Below are positions 17,735 through 27,034 of a stretch of 36,279 nt of DNA, one piece after another. The notes under the pieces are model-generated. The model saw only the letters and a list, made by a program, of their open reading frames with translations, ran no database searches and was not told the origin of the DNA. A program made the position numbers and the translations under genes. Positions within the stretch are counted from its first letter, which is position 1. Each line of letters begins with the position of its first letter. This DNA is from Paracoccaceae bacterium (GTDB taxonomy: Bacteria > Pseudomonadota > Alphaproteobacteria > Rhodobacterales > Rhodobacteraceae): NCBI GenBank assembly GCA_003511785.1, contig DOIS01000154.1:1-36279 (forward strand), written 5' to 3'.

Positions 17735-18173
17735 ATGGGCATTCACGCCTTCATGGCCGCCTATAAACAGGTTTGGGAGGGGCGCGACCCGGCCGGTTTC
17801 GCCGCGCTGTTCACCCCAGGCGGACGGTATCACAACACGCCCTTCCAGGTGCAGACCGGCCCCGGGGAATTGGCCGCCTACTGGGAACGCACCCTGCTCC
17901 AGGATGATATTTCATTGAAATACAACGTTCTGCAGGCCGAAGCTCATGCAGGTCTGGCGCATTGGAACGTCACCTAACCAGGTGCAATCCGAAGAGCTGT
18001 TCGCGATCTGGGCAAAATCCGCCGGCACCGGCCTGCCCGACCGCGCGCCGGGCGATCCGCTGCCGCGCATGGAACTGGACGGGATGCTCCAGGCCCGGTT
18101 CGACCCCGAGAGCGGCCTGGCCGAGGAGGTGCGCATCTGGTGGCATTCGATGGCCCGACCCGCCGACGGGTGA
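17735..18173 (+). pseudogene. SnoaL-like/NTF2-fold protein; frame broken at about 17975
   Basis: MGIHAFMAAYKQVWEGRDPAGFAALFTPGGRYHNTPF...GLAHWNVT stops at 17977. The continuation NQVQSEELFAIWAKSAGTGL...VRIWWHSMARPADG is in the next frame. A single t at 17975 separates the two frames. Confidence 0.65.
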
Positions 18174-18223
18174 GACCGACCGACCCCGCCACGCGTCCCG
18201 GCGACCGCGCGCGCCAGCGCCCC

Positions 18224-18285
18224 TGCTTCTTCTCTTTTTCAAATATCTCCGGGGGAGCGCGAGGGGGCAGCGCCCCCTCGTTTCC
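18224..18285 (+). repeat. G5/C5-hairpin intergenic element, copy 2
   Basis: tgcttcttctctttttcaaatatctccggggg..cgagggggc-agc-gccccctcg (hairpin 18260-18280) followed by ttt. It aligns block-wise to the reverse complement of 6735-6792, with compensatory stem changes. Confidence 0.65.
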
Positions 18286-18375
18286 GACAGCGGCCATGGA
18301 CCCCGCCACCGGACACAAGACCGCGCCGCTCCGCTTTCCACTTGACGCCCCGCGCCCCCGTGGCATGAACGGCCC

Positions 18376-19410
18376 ATGAGCACCGCAGACCTGACCATCG
18401 ACCTTGGCGCCCTGGCCCAGAATTGGCGCGCGCTGGACGCCATGAGCCGGGCCGAGACAGGCGCCGTGGTCAAGGCCAACGGCTACGGGCTGGGCGTGGA
18501 ACGCGTGGCAAAGGTGCTGGCGCAGGCCGGCGCGCGGCGCTTCTTTGTGGCGGTGGCCGAAGAGGGCGCGGCGCTGCGTCAGGCGCTGGGTCCGGGCCCC
18601 GAGATCAACGTCTTCTCCGGCCATATGGAGGGCGACACCGCGCTGATCCGCGACCATGCGCTGGTGCCGATGCTGAACTCCATCGACCAGATGCTGCGCC
18701 ATGTCGAGGCGCTGCCCGGCCACGCTTTCGGCGTGCAGCTCGATTCGGGCATGAACCGGCTGGGCATGGAGCCCGCCGAATGGGCCGCCCTGCGCGACAT
18801 CGCGCTGGGGCAGGGCCCGCGCCTGATCATGTCGCATCTCGCCTGCGCGGATGAGCCCGACCACCCGATGAACGCGCAACAACTGCGCGTTTTCAAGGAG
18901 ATGACGGCCGATCTTGATGTGCCCCTGTCGCTCGCCTCGACCGGGGGCATCCTGCTGGGGCCGGCGTATCACTTCGACGTGACGCGCCCCGGCATCGGTG
19001 TCTACGGCGGTCGTCCCTTCGCCGAGGCGCGCCCGGTGGTGCATCTCGACGTGCCGGTGATCCAGATCCGCGAGTTGGAGCCCGGCGAGACCGTGGGCTA
19101 TGGCAACACCTGGGGTGCGCAGCGGCGCACCCGCCTGGCCACCATCGCCGCGGGCTATGGCGACGGGCTGATCCGGGCCATGGGGCCGCGCGCCCAGGTC
19201 TTCGCCGACGGCCGGCGCTGCCCCGTCGTGGGGCGCGTGTCGATGGACCTGATCACCGTGGACATCACCGACCTGGACCACGACCCCGCCGATGTGCAGC
19301 TTCTCGGCGCGGATCAGGGCGTGGACGACCTGGCCGACGCGGCGGGCACCATCGGCTACGAGATCCTGACCTCGCTGGGCGCGCGCCATGCGCGCCGCTT
19401 CATCGAATGA
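18376..19410 (+). CDS. alr: Alanine racemase
   Basis: PLP-lysine motif [10 protein letters not shown], a C-terminal [12 protein letters not shown] motif, 344 aa. Confidence 0.92.
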   Translation: MSTADLTIDLGALAQNWRALDAMSRAETGAVVKANGYGLGVERVAKVLAQAGARRFFVAVAEEGAALRQALGPGPEINVFSGHMEGDTALIRDHALVPMLNSIDQMLRHVEALPGHAFGVQLDSGMNRLGMEPAEWAALRDIALGQGPRLIMSHLACADEPDHPMNAQQLRVFKEMTADLDVPLSLASTGGILLGPAYHFDVTRPGIGVYGGRPFAEARPVVHLDVPVIQIRELEPGETVGYGNTWGAQRRTRLATIAAGYGDGLIRAMGPRAQVFADGRRCPVVGRVSMDLITVDITDLDHDPADVQLLGADQGVDDLADAAGTIGYEILTSLGARHARRFIE

Positions 19411-20189
19411 GCGCATTGGCCCCCCTGGGCCGGCTGGGACGTGCCGTCCTGGTCGCGCTGGCCCATGTGGGCCGGGTGACGCTCTTCGCGCTCTCCGCGC
19501 TCGGCCACATGGTCCGCCCGCCCTTCTACCCGCGCGAGATTGGCCATGCATTGATGAACGTGGGCTGGCTGTCGCTGCCGGTGGTGGGGCTCACGGCGAT
19601 CTTCACCGGCGGCGCGCTGGCCTTGCAGATCTACGCCGGCGGGGCGCGGTTCAACGCCGAGGCGGTGGTGCCGCAGATCGTGGCCATCGGCATGGTGCGC
19701 GAACTGGGTCCGGTGCTGGTCGGGCTGATGATCGCGGCGCGCGTGACCTCGTCGATCGCGGCCGAGATCGCCACGATGAAGGTCACGGAACAGATCGACG
19801 CGCTGGTGACGCTCTCGACCCACCCGATGAAATACCTGGCAGCCCCCCGGGTGCTGGCCGCGCTGATCACCGTGCCGCTGCTGGTGGGGGTGGGCGACGT
19901 GATCGGCATCGCCGGCGGCTATGCGGTGGCGGTGCAGAACCTGGGCTTCAACCCGGCGGCCTATCTCAAGAACACGGTGGATTTCCTGGAACCGCTCGAC
20001 CTGATCTCGAGCCTTGTCAAGGGCGCGGCCTTCGGCCTGATCGCGGCGGTGATGGGGTGTTACTTCGGCATGAACTCGGGGCGCGGCGCGCAAGGCGTGG
20101 GCCGGGCCACCAAGGGCTCGGTCGAGGCGGCGGCGGTGCTGATCCTGGCGGCGAACTTCATCCTGACGGGGGTGTTCTTCTCGGTATGA
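19407..20189 (+). CDS. mlaE: MlaE-family ABC transporter permease
   Basis: 260-aa polytopic ORF with an ATGA overlap with alr. It has REL(G)PVL and TEQIDAL motifs typical of MlaE/Ttg2B permeases. Confidence 0.85.
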   Translation: MSALAPLGRLGRAVLVALAHVGRVTLFALSALGHMVRPPFYPREIGHALMNVGWLSLPVVGLTAIFTGGALALQIYAGGARFNAEAVVPQIVAIGMVRELGPVLVGLMIAARVTSSIAAEIATMKVTEQIDALVTLSTHPMKYLAAPRVLAALITVPLLVGVGDVIGIAGGYAVAVQNLGFNPAAYLKNTVDFLEPLDLISSLVKGAAFGLIAAVMGCYFGMNSGRGAQGVGRATKGSVEAAAVLILAANFILTGVFFSV

Positions 20190-20980
20190 CCTTGCCACCC
20201 GATCCCGGCCCCGACACGGCACCCATGATCCGGCTGGAGGGCGTGCGCAAGTCCTTCGGGCCCAAGCACGTGCTGCGCGGCGTCGATCTGGCGATCCCGC
20301 GCGGCTCGTCCATGGTCATCATCGGCGGCTCGGGCACCGGCAAGTCGGTGGCGCTGAAATGCATCCTGGGTCTGATCACGCCCGACGCGGGCCGCATCGA
20401 GGTGGACGGCCAGGAGACGGGGACCGCCCGCGGGGCCGAGCGCGACGCCTTCCTCGCCCGCTTCGGGATGCTGTTCCAGGGCGGCGCGCTGTTCGATTCG
20501 CTGCCGGTCTGGCAGAACGTGGCCTTCCGCCTGCTGCGCGGCGCGCTCAAGCGCCCGCAGGCCGAGGCCCGCGAGATCGCCATCAAGAAGCTGCGCCGCG
20601 TGGGGCTGAGCCCCGACGTCGCCGATCTTTTCCCGGCCGAGCTGTCGGGGGGCATGCAGAAGCGCGTGGGGCTGGCGCGCGCCATCGCCGCCGAGCCCGA
20701 GATCATCTTCTTCGACGAGCCCACCACCGGGCTCGACCCGATCATGGCCGGAGTCATCAACGAGCTGATCCGCGAGATCGTGGTCGAGATGGGCGCCACC
20801 GCGATGACCATCACCCATGACATGACCTCGGTGCGCGCCATCGCCGACGACGTGGCCATGCTGCATGACGGGGTGATCCAGTGGACCGGGCCGGTGGCGA
20901 AGATGGACGAGAGCGGCGATCCCTATCTCGACCAGTTCATCCACGGCCGCGCCGAGGGCCCGATCGAGGCGGTGCGGTGA
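20186..20980 (+). CDS. mlaF: MlaF-like ABC transporter ATP-binding protein
   Basis: ATGA overlap with the permease gene. Walker A GGSGTGKS, signature LSGGMQKR, Walker B IIFFDEPT. Confidence 0.88.
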   Translation: MTLPPDPGPDTAPMIRLEGVRKSFGPKHVLRGVDLAIPRGSSMVIIGGSGTGKSVALKCILGLITPDAGRIEVDGQETGTARGAERDAFLARFGMLFQGGALFDSLPVWQNVAFRLLRGALKRPQAEAREIAIKKLRRVGLSPDVADLFPAELSGGMQKRVGLARAIAAEPEIIFFDEPTTGLDPIMAGVINELIREIVVEMGATAMTITHDMTSVRAIADDVAMLHDGVIQWTGPVAKMDESGDPYLDQFIHGRAEGPIEAVR

Positions 20981-20994
20981 GACGGACGCGCGGG

Positions 20995-21043
20995 GCAAAT
21001 CCTCGCCGAGGATTTGCGGCCAGACTTTCGCGAAAGTCTGGCC
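20995..21043. repeat. Tandem double-palindrome intergenic element, copy C
   Basis: gcaaatcctcg-c-cgaggatttgc (20995-21017) plus ggccagactttcgcgaaagtctggcc (21018-21043), directly after the mlaF stop. The flanks cggggcaaa...ctggccgg match copy A. Confidence 0.8.
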
Positions 21044-21056
21044 GGACGGGCCGGGC

Positions 21057-21497
21057 ATGATCCTGCGTCTCGCCAATCTCGCCCTGCTGGTGCTCTACCC
21101 GGTGGCCTGGTTCGCACCGATGCTGCGCGCGGGGCTGTTGCCGCTCTTCGGGTTGTCCGAGATCAGCGTCGTCACCGGGCTGCAATCGCTCTGGCGCAGC
21201 GATGTGTTTCTCGCCCTGGTGGTCACCGCCTTCGCCCTTTTCGCGCCCTATCTCAAGACCATCGGCCTGGCGCTCGTGCAGTTCGGCCTGCTCGACACCC
21301 GCGCCCTGCCCGCGCTGCGGACTCTCGGCAAGCTGGCCATGGCCGACATCTTCCTCATTGCCATCTACATCACCGTGGCCAAGGGGATCGGGCTGGGCCA
21401 TGTGGAGACCGCCTGGGGGCTTTACCTGTTCACCGGCTGCATCCTGGCCTCGCTGGGCATCGGGCTGGCGACGGGGCGGTCCGGCGCCGCCCGGTGA
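21057..21497 (+). CDS. PqiA-like (paraquat-inducible protein A family) small membrane protein
   Basis: 146-aa ORF with 4 hydrophobic segments. The motif GKLAMADIFLIAIYI resembles the PqiA core. Confidence 0.6.
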   Translation: MILRLANLALLVLYPVAWFAPMLRAGLLPLFGLSEISVVTGLQSLWRSDVFLALVVTAFALFAPYLKTIGLALVQFGLLDTRALPALRTLGKLAMADIFLIAIYITVAKGIGLGHVETAWGLYLFTGCILASLGIGLATGRSGAAR

Positions 21498-21579
21498 GCG
21501 CCTGCGGGAACCAATCGCCCGGTTCGGGGTTGTCTCGGCAGTTTTCCGCCGAAAGAGCGGGATCACCAGGGAGAGTTCC

Positions 21580-22356
21580 ATGCCGAAACGGTTCCGTTCC
21601 ACCCTGCGCGCCCTGCGCACCATCGCCCAGGTCTGCGCGCTGGCGTTGATCTGCCTGGCCGCTTTGGCCGCGACCGCCAGCACCGCGCTGGCCGCCGCCG
21701 GGGTGCTGCCCTGGCTCACGCTCGAGGCGGGCGCCGGGGGCGCCGCCTGGCCCGGCGCGGGCGTCGCGGCACAGCTCGGCCTGACCGGTCTGCTCGTGGC
21801 GCTGTGTTTCTTCCTGCCCAGCAACGGGCGCATCCTGGCGCTCGAGACCAGCCACAGGAAGTTCGAGATGCAGATGCAGGACGTGGCGCGGGCCTATCAC
21901 GCGGCCCATGCCGCCGATCGGGCCGGCACCTTCCGCCTGTCCTCCGAGTTCGACGCGGTCAAGGAGCGCCTGGCCTGGCTGCGCGGCCATCCCGACCTGG
22001 AACGGCTCGAGCCGGGCGTGCTGGAACTGGCCGCGCAGATGAGCCATGTCTCGCGTGAGTTGGCGGAGACCTATTCCGACGAGGCCGTCACCCGCGCCCG
22101 CGATTTCCTGGTGCAGCGCCAGCACGAGATCGACCGGTTCGAAAGCCGCATCGAGGAAGCCACGCTGATCGTCAACGATCTGCGGCGCTGGCAAGAGGCG
22201 GTCGAGTTGGACGAAGCCGGGGCGCAGGCGCGGCTCGACCGGCTGCGCGAGACCCTGGGCGAGGTGCTGCCCGAGATCCTGGCCGGCCCCGCCGCCGCGG
22301 CCACGCCCCGCGACAACGTCCAGAGCTTTCCCCCGGCCCTGCACGCCGCGGAATGA
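21580..22356 (+). CDS. Hypothetical membrane protein with a helical or coiled-coil C-terminal domain
   Basis: AGGGAGAG SD upstream of the ATG at 21580; 258 aa. Two N-terminal TM segments are followed by a charged helical region. No family recognised. Confidence 0.55.
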   Translation: MPKRFRSTLRALRTIAQVCALALICLAALAATASTALAAAGVLPWLTLEAGAGGAAWPGAGVAAQLGLTGLLVALCFFLPSNGRILALETSHRKFEMQMQDVARAYHAAHAADRAGTFRLSSEFDAVKERLAWLRGHPDLERLEPGVLELAAQMSHVSRELAETYSDEAVTRARDFLVQRQHEIDRFESRIEEATLIVNDLRRWQEAVELDEAGAQARLDRLRETLGEVLPEILAGPAAAATPRDNVQSFPPALHAAE

Positions 22357-22378
22357 CGCGAAACGACGTGGCGGGGTT

Positions 22379-22407
22379 TGACGGCGGCGCGGCCCTGTTG
22401 CATTGAA
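22379..22407 (+). promoter_or_regulatory. Possible promoter giving a near-leaderless radA mRNA
   Basis: TTGACG-N17-CATTGA ends 5 nt before the radA ATG, and no SD is visible. Pattern match only. Confidence 0.15.
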
Positions 22408-22412
22408 CCGGC

Positions 22413-23777
22413 ATGGCGAAACCCAAGTCCTTCACCTGCGCCGAGTGCGGCGCCGCCCATTCCAAGTGGTCCGGGCGCTGCGACGCCTGCGGGGCGTGGA
22501 ACTCCATCGTCGAGGAGGTCCCTGCCACCGCCGGGCCGCCCTCGAAGAGCCTGGGCGCCCGGGGCGGTCGGGCCATCGCGCTCATGGATCTCGCCACCGA
22601 GGAGACCCCGCCGCCGCGCTGCCTGAGCCGCATGGACGAACTGGACCGCGTGCTGGGCGGCGGGCTGGTGCCGGGCTCGGCCATCCTGGTGGGGGGCGAT
22701 CCGGGGATCGGCAAGTCGACGCTTCTCCTGCAGGCCGCCGCGCGCTTTGCCGGGGCGGGGCTGGAGACGGTCTATGTCTCGGGCGAGGAGGCCAGCGCCC
22801 AGGTGCGGATGCGCGCCCAGCGGCTGGGGCTGGGCGAGGCGCCGGTGAAACTGGCGGCCGAGACCAACCTGCGCGACATCCTGACCACGTTGGAGGCCGA
22901 GCGCCCGGGGCTGGTCATCATCGATTCGATCCAGACCATGTGGTCGGACATGGTCGACAGCGCGCCGGGCTCGGTCAGCCAGGTGCGGGCGGCGGCGCAC
23001 GAGTTGACCAGTTTCGCCAAGCGGCGTGGCGTGTCGGTGATCCTGGTGGGCCATGTGACCAAGGAGGGCCAGATCGCCGGCCCCCGCGTGGTCGAGCACA
23101 TGGTCGACACGGTGCTTTACTTCGAGGGCGAGCGCGGCCACCAGTTTCGCATCCTGCGCGCGGTCAAGAACCGCTTCGGCCCCGCCGACGAGATCGGCGT
23201 CTTCGAGATGACCGGGCGCGGGCTGGCCGAAGTGGCCAACCCCTCGGCGCTTTTCATGGGCGCGCGCGGCCAGCCAGCCCCCGGCTCGGTCGTGTTCGCG
23301 GGGATCGAGGGCACGCGCCCGGTGCTGGTCGAGTTGCAGGCGCTGGTCGCCCCCTCGCCCCATTCGCAGCCGCGCCGCACGGTGGTGGGCTGGGACGGCG
23401 GGCGGCTGGCAATGATCCTCGCCGTGCTCGAGGCGCGCTGCGCCATCCCGTTTGCCGGGCTCGACGTCTATCTCAACGTGGCGGGCGGGCTGAAGATCGG
23501 CGAGCCCGCCGCCGACCTGGCGGTGGCCGCCGCGCTGCTCTCTGCGCGGGAAGATGCCGCCCTGCCCGCCGACACGGTGGTCTTCGGCGAAATCAGCCTC
23601 TCGGGCGCGCTGCGCCCGGCGCCGCAGACGGAAAACAGGTTGAAAGAGGCCTCGAAACTTGGTTTCACCAGCGCCATCGCCCCTCCGGGCGGCAAGAATA
23701 CCGAAATTTCCGGCCTGCGCCTTGTCAGCGCCACGGATCTGACGGGTTTTGTTGGCGATATCTTCGGGGCCGGGTAG
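22413..23777 (+). CDS. radA: DNA repair protein RadA/Sms
   Basis: N-terminal zinc finger CAECGAAHSKWSGRCDACGAWNS, Walker A GDPGIGKST, the KNRFG motif and a Lon-like C-terminal domain. Confidence 0.95.
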   Translation: MAKPKSFTCAECGAAHSKWSGRCDACGAWNSIVEEVPATAGPPSKSLGARGGRAIALMDLATEETPPPRCLSRMDELDRVLGGGLVPGSAILVGGDPGIGKSTLLLQAAARFAGAGLETVYVSGEEASAQVRMRAQRLGLGEAPVKLAAETNLRDILTTLEAERPGLVIIDSIQTMWSDMVDSAPGSVSQVRAAAHELTSFAKRRGVSVILVGHVTKEGQIAGPRVVEHMVDTVLYFEGERGHQFRILRAVKNRFGPADEIGVFEMTGRGLAEVANPSALFMGARGQPAPGSVVFAGIEGTRPVLVELQALVAPSPHSQPRRTVVGWDGGRLAMILAVLEARCAIPFAGLDVYLNVAGGLKIGEPAADLAVAAALLSAREDAALPADTVVFGEISLSGALRPAPQTENRLKEASKLGFTSAIAPPGGKNTEISGLRLVSATDLTGFVGDIFGAG

Positions 23778-23810
23778 GCTCCGGCCAGGCAGAGGACACG
23801 GGCGAAACAT

Positions 23811-24362
23811 ATGGAAGGCTTCACCATCATCGACGGCGTCGTGGCGCTGATCATCGTGTTGTCGGCGCTCTTGGCCTATTCGCGGGGCCTGGTGCGCGAG
23901 GTCATGGCCATCGCGGGCTGGGTCGCGGCGGCGGTGCTGGCCTTCATCTTCGCCCCCCAGGCCGAGCCGCTGATCAAGGAGATCCCGGTACTGGGCGATT
24001 TCATCGCCGACAGCTGCCAGCTGTCGATCATCGCCGCCTTCTCGGCGGTCTTCGCGCTGGCGCTGATCGTGATGAGCTTCTTCACGCCGCTGTTCTCCTC
24101 GCTGGTGCAACGTTCGGTTCTGGGCGGTGTGGACCAGGGGCTGGGCTTCTTCTTCGGCGTCGCGCGCGGCATCCTGCTGATCGCCATCGCCTTCTTCATC
24201 TATGAGACCGTGATGACCGCGCAGCAATTCACCGTGGTGGACGAAAGCCGGTCGGCGCAGGTGTTCTCGCAGCTCACCGCCACCATCGCCGAGCGCGACC
24301 CGGAACAGGTGCTGGGCTGGGTCACGCGGCAATACGAGGAACTGGTGGGCGTCTGCGAATGA
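23811..24362 (+). CDS. cvpA: CvpA-family (colicin V production) membrane protein
   Basis: 183-aa ORF with 4 TM segments. The conserved alphaproteobacterial order radA-cvpA-purF is present. Confidence 0.8.
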   Translation: MEGFTIIDGVVALIIVLSALLAYSRGLVREVMAIAGWVAAAVLAFIFAPQAEPLIKEIPVLGDFIADSCQLSIIAAFSAVFALALIVMSFFTPLFSSLVQRSVLGGVDQGLGFFFGVARGILLIAIAFFIYETVMTAQQFTVVDESRSAQVFSQLTATIAERDPEQVLGWVTRQYEELVGVCE

Positions 24363-24513
24363 GGCACACCGGACGCGCGCCGGGCGTGCCGGACCCGCGC
24401 CTTGGCGCGGGGGCGCAAAATATGTGATCCTTTGATGACATGGGCGCGCCAACCCACTATGTGGGGGCTGTCGCCCGAGTCTGACCCCGGAGCCGCCCTT
24501 GCCCGCGCCGCTT

Positions 24514-25974
24514 ATGCCCCCCGCCCATCCCTTCGACGACGACAAGCTGCGCGAGGAATGCGGCGTGTTCGGCGTGGTCGGCGTCACCGACGCCGCCAAT
24601 TTCGTGGCCCTCGGCCTGCACGCGCTGCAACATCGCGGCCAGGAGGCGGGCGGGATCGTCACCTATGACGCCGAACACGGGTTCAACAGCGCCCGGCGCT
24701 TCGGCTATGTGCGCGACAACTTCACCTCGTCCAGCGTGATGGACACCCTGCCCGGCGCGCTGGGCATCGGGCATGTGCGCTATTCCACCGCCGGGTCCAA
24801 GGGGCCGACGCAGATCCGCGACGTGCAGCCCTTCTTCGGCGAGTTCTCGATGGGTGGCGCGGCGATTGCCCATAACGGCAACATCACCAATGCCGAGGCG
24901 CTGCGCCGCGAGTTGATCGAGCGCGGTTCGATCTTTCAATCCTCCAGCGACAGCGAATGCATCATCCACCTGATGGCGCGTTCGCTGCAACGCAACATCC
25001 CCGAGCGGATGGAGGACGCGCTGCGCCGGGTCGAGGGGGCGTTTTCCGTGGTCGCCATGACCCGCACCAAGCTGATCGGCGTGCGCGACCCGATGGGGGT
25101 GCGGCCGCTGGTGCTGGGCCAGCTGGGCGATGGCTGGGTGCTGTCGTCCGAGACCTGCGCGCTCGACATCATCGGGGCCGAGTTCCTGCGCGAGATCGCG
25201 CCCGGCGAGATGGTGGTGATCACCGCCGAGAAGGGCGTCGAGAGCCTGTTTCCCTTCCGCCCGCAGCCCTCGAAATTCTGCGTCTTCGAACATGTCTATT
25301 TCTCGCGTCCCGATTCGATCCTGGGCGGGCGGTCGGTTTACGAGACGCGCGAGAATATCGGTCGCGAGCTGGCCAAGGAGGCCCCGGTCGAGGCCGACCT
25401 GGTCTGCCCCGTGCCCGACAGCGGCACGCCCGCGGCGATCGGCTATTCGCTGGAGAGTGGCATTCCCTATGCCATGGGGATCATCCGCAACCAGTATATG
25501 GGCCGCACCTTCATCGAGCCGACCGAGCAGATCCGCAACATGGGCGTGCGGCTGAAACTGAACGTGAACCGCGCGCTCATCCGCGGCAAGCGGGTGATCC
25601 TGGTGGACGATTCGGTGGTGCGCGGCACCACCTCGCGCAAGATCAAGGAGATGATCCTGGACGCGGGCGCCAAGGAAGTGCATTTCCGCATCGCCTCTCC
25701 GCCCACGGCCTGGCCGTGCTTTTACGGCGTGGACACGCCGCAGCGCGAGAAACTGCTGGCCGCCACCATGTCCGAGGACGAGATGCGCGAACACCTCGCG
25801 GTGGACAGCTTGAAATTCATCTCGCTCGAAGGGCTCTATCGCGCCGTGGGCGAGGCGCAGGGCCGCGATGCCAAATGCCCGCAATACTGCGACGCCTGCT
25901 TCTCGGGCGAGTATCCGGTGGCGCCCTCGGACCAGATCCACAAGGGCTTCCAACTCAAGACCGCCGCCGAATAG
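24514..25974 (+). CDS. purF: Amidophosphoribosyltransferase
   Basis: Ntn catalytic Cys context ECGVFGV and PRPP motif VILVDDSVVRGTT. The C-terminal Cys cluster CxxxxxxCDAC suggests a 4Fe-4S type. ATG at 24514; an in-frame TTG at 24499 is an alternative start. Confidence 0.93.
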   Translation: MPPAHPFDDDKLREECGVFGVVGVTDAANFVALGLHALQHRGQEAGGIVTYDAEHGFNSARRFGYVRDNFTSSSVMDTLPGALGIGHVRYSTAGSKGPTQIRDVQPFFGEFSMGGAAIAHNGNITNAEALRRELIERGSIFQSSSDSECIIHLMARSLQRNIPERMEDALRRVEGAFSVVAMTRTKLIGVRDPMGVRPLVLGQLGDGWVLSSETCALDIIGAEFLREIAPGEMVVITAEKGVESLFPFRPQPSKFCVFEHVYFSRPDSILGGRSVYETRENIGRELAKEAPVEADLVCPVPDSGTPAAIGYSLESGIPYAMGIIRNQYMGRTFIEPTEQIRNMGVRLKLNVNRALIRGKRVILVDDSVVRGTTSRKIKEMILDAGAKEVHFRIASPPTAWPCFYGVDTPQREKLLAATMSEDEMREHLAVDSLKFISLEGLYRAVGEAQGRDAKCPQYCDACFSGEYPVAPSDQIHKGFQLKTAAE

Positions 25975-26099
25975 GCGGCCCACCGCCGGCCATCGGCGCC
26001 CCGCCGCGCAGGCCCGCGCCGCGCGCGGCGAGAGCCTTTCGCAGACGCGGCATCCCTGTTAGCGGGCGGGCGCCAAGACCAACGCGAACAGGGTTCAAC

Positions 26100-26351
26100 A
26101 TGAGTGCCAAGACCAACCGGACCGTGGCCCGCCACGCCACCACCCGTGCCGAAAGCGGCAATTTCACCGTGCTGGGCGTGTTCGGCGCCGAGACAGACAT
26201 GCGCGCGCTGGTGCGCGACCGCGGCGGACGCGTGGAAAAGGTCGCCCCCGGCGACCGCATCTCCGAGGGCCGCGTGCTGGCCATCGACGCCGAGGGCATC
26301 ATGGTCGAACGCTGGGGCAAGTCGGAACGCATCCCCGTGGCGGGCGGCTGA
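26100..26351 (+). CDS. Small hypothetical protein (83 aa)
   Basis: AGGG SD 6 nt upstream of the ATG, with strongly GC-rich third codon positions. No family recognised. Confidence 0.5.
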   Translation: MSAKTNRTVARHATTRAESGNFTVLGVFGAETDMRALVRDRGGRVEKVAPGDRISEGRVLAIDAEGIMVERWGKSERIPVAGG

Positions 26352-26392
26352 GGGCCCTTGACGGCGCGCGCCGCAACGCGCAAACCGCGCCC

Positions 26393-27034
26393 ATGACCGA
26401 GACCAAGATCGCCCTCATCACCGGCGCCTCGCGCGGCCTGGGCTTTGCCCTGGCCGAGGCGCTCAGCGCCACCCATCACGTCGTGGCCGTGGCTCGCACC
26501 ACCGGCGCGCTCGAAGAGCTGGACGACCGGATCAAGGCCAAGGGCGGCAGCGCCACGCTGGCGCCGATGGACATCACCGTGACCGACGCCATGGCCACGC
26601 TTTGCCGGGGCATCCACGACCGCTGGGGCAAGGTCGATCTCTGGGCGCATACCGCGATCCATGCCGCACCGCTGGCGCCGGCCAATTTCATCGACGCCAA
26701 GGACTGGGGCAAGTCGGTGGCGATCAACGCCAACGCGGTCTCGGTGCTGATCCCCTTCGTGGCGCCGCTGCTGGGCAGCGAGGGGCGCGCGCTGTTCTTC
26801 GACGACCCGCGCGCCGGGCAGAAGTTCTTCGGCGCCTATGGGGCGACCAAGGCCGCGCAGATGGCGTTGGCGCGCAGCTGGGCGGAAGAGACCCGCAAGA
26901 CCGGACCGCGCGTCGAGATCATGGAGCCGCGCCCGATGCGCGGCGCCACCCGCGCGTGCTTCTTCCCCGGCGAACACCGCGACGAACTGGCCGGCCCGCA
27001 TGACGAGGCCGCGCGCCTGCTGGCGTTGCTCTAG
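26393..27034 (+). CDS. Short-chain dehydrogenase/reductase (SDR) family oxidoreductase
   Basis: TGASRGLG cofactor motif and YGATKAA (YxxxK catalytic motif). Confidence 0.85.
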   Translation: MTETKIALITGASRGLGFALAEALSATHHVVAVARTTGALEELDDRIKAKGGSATLAPMDITVTDAMATLCRGIHDRWGKVDLWAHTAIHAAPLAPANFIDAKDWGKSVAINANAVSVLIPFVAPLLGSEGRALFFDDPRAGQKFFGAYGATKAAQMALARSWAEETRKTGPRVEIMEPRPMRGATRACFFPGEHRDELAGPHDEAARLLALL

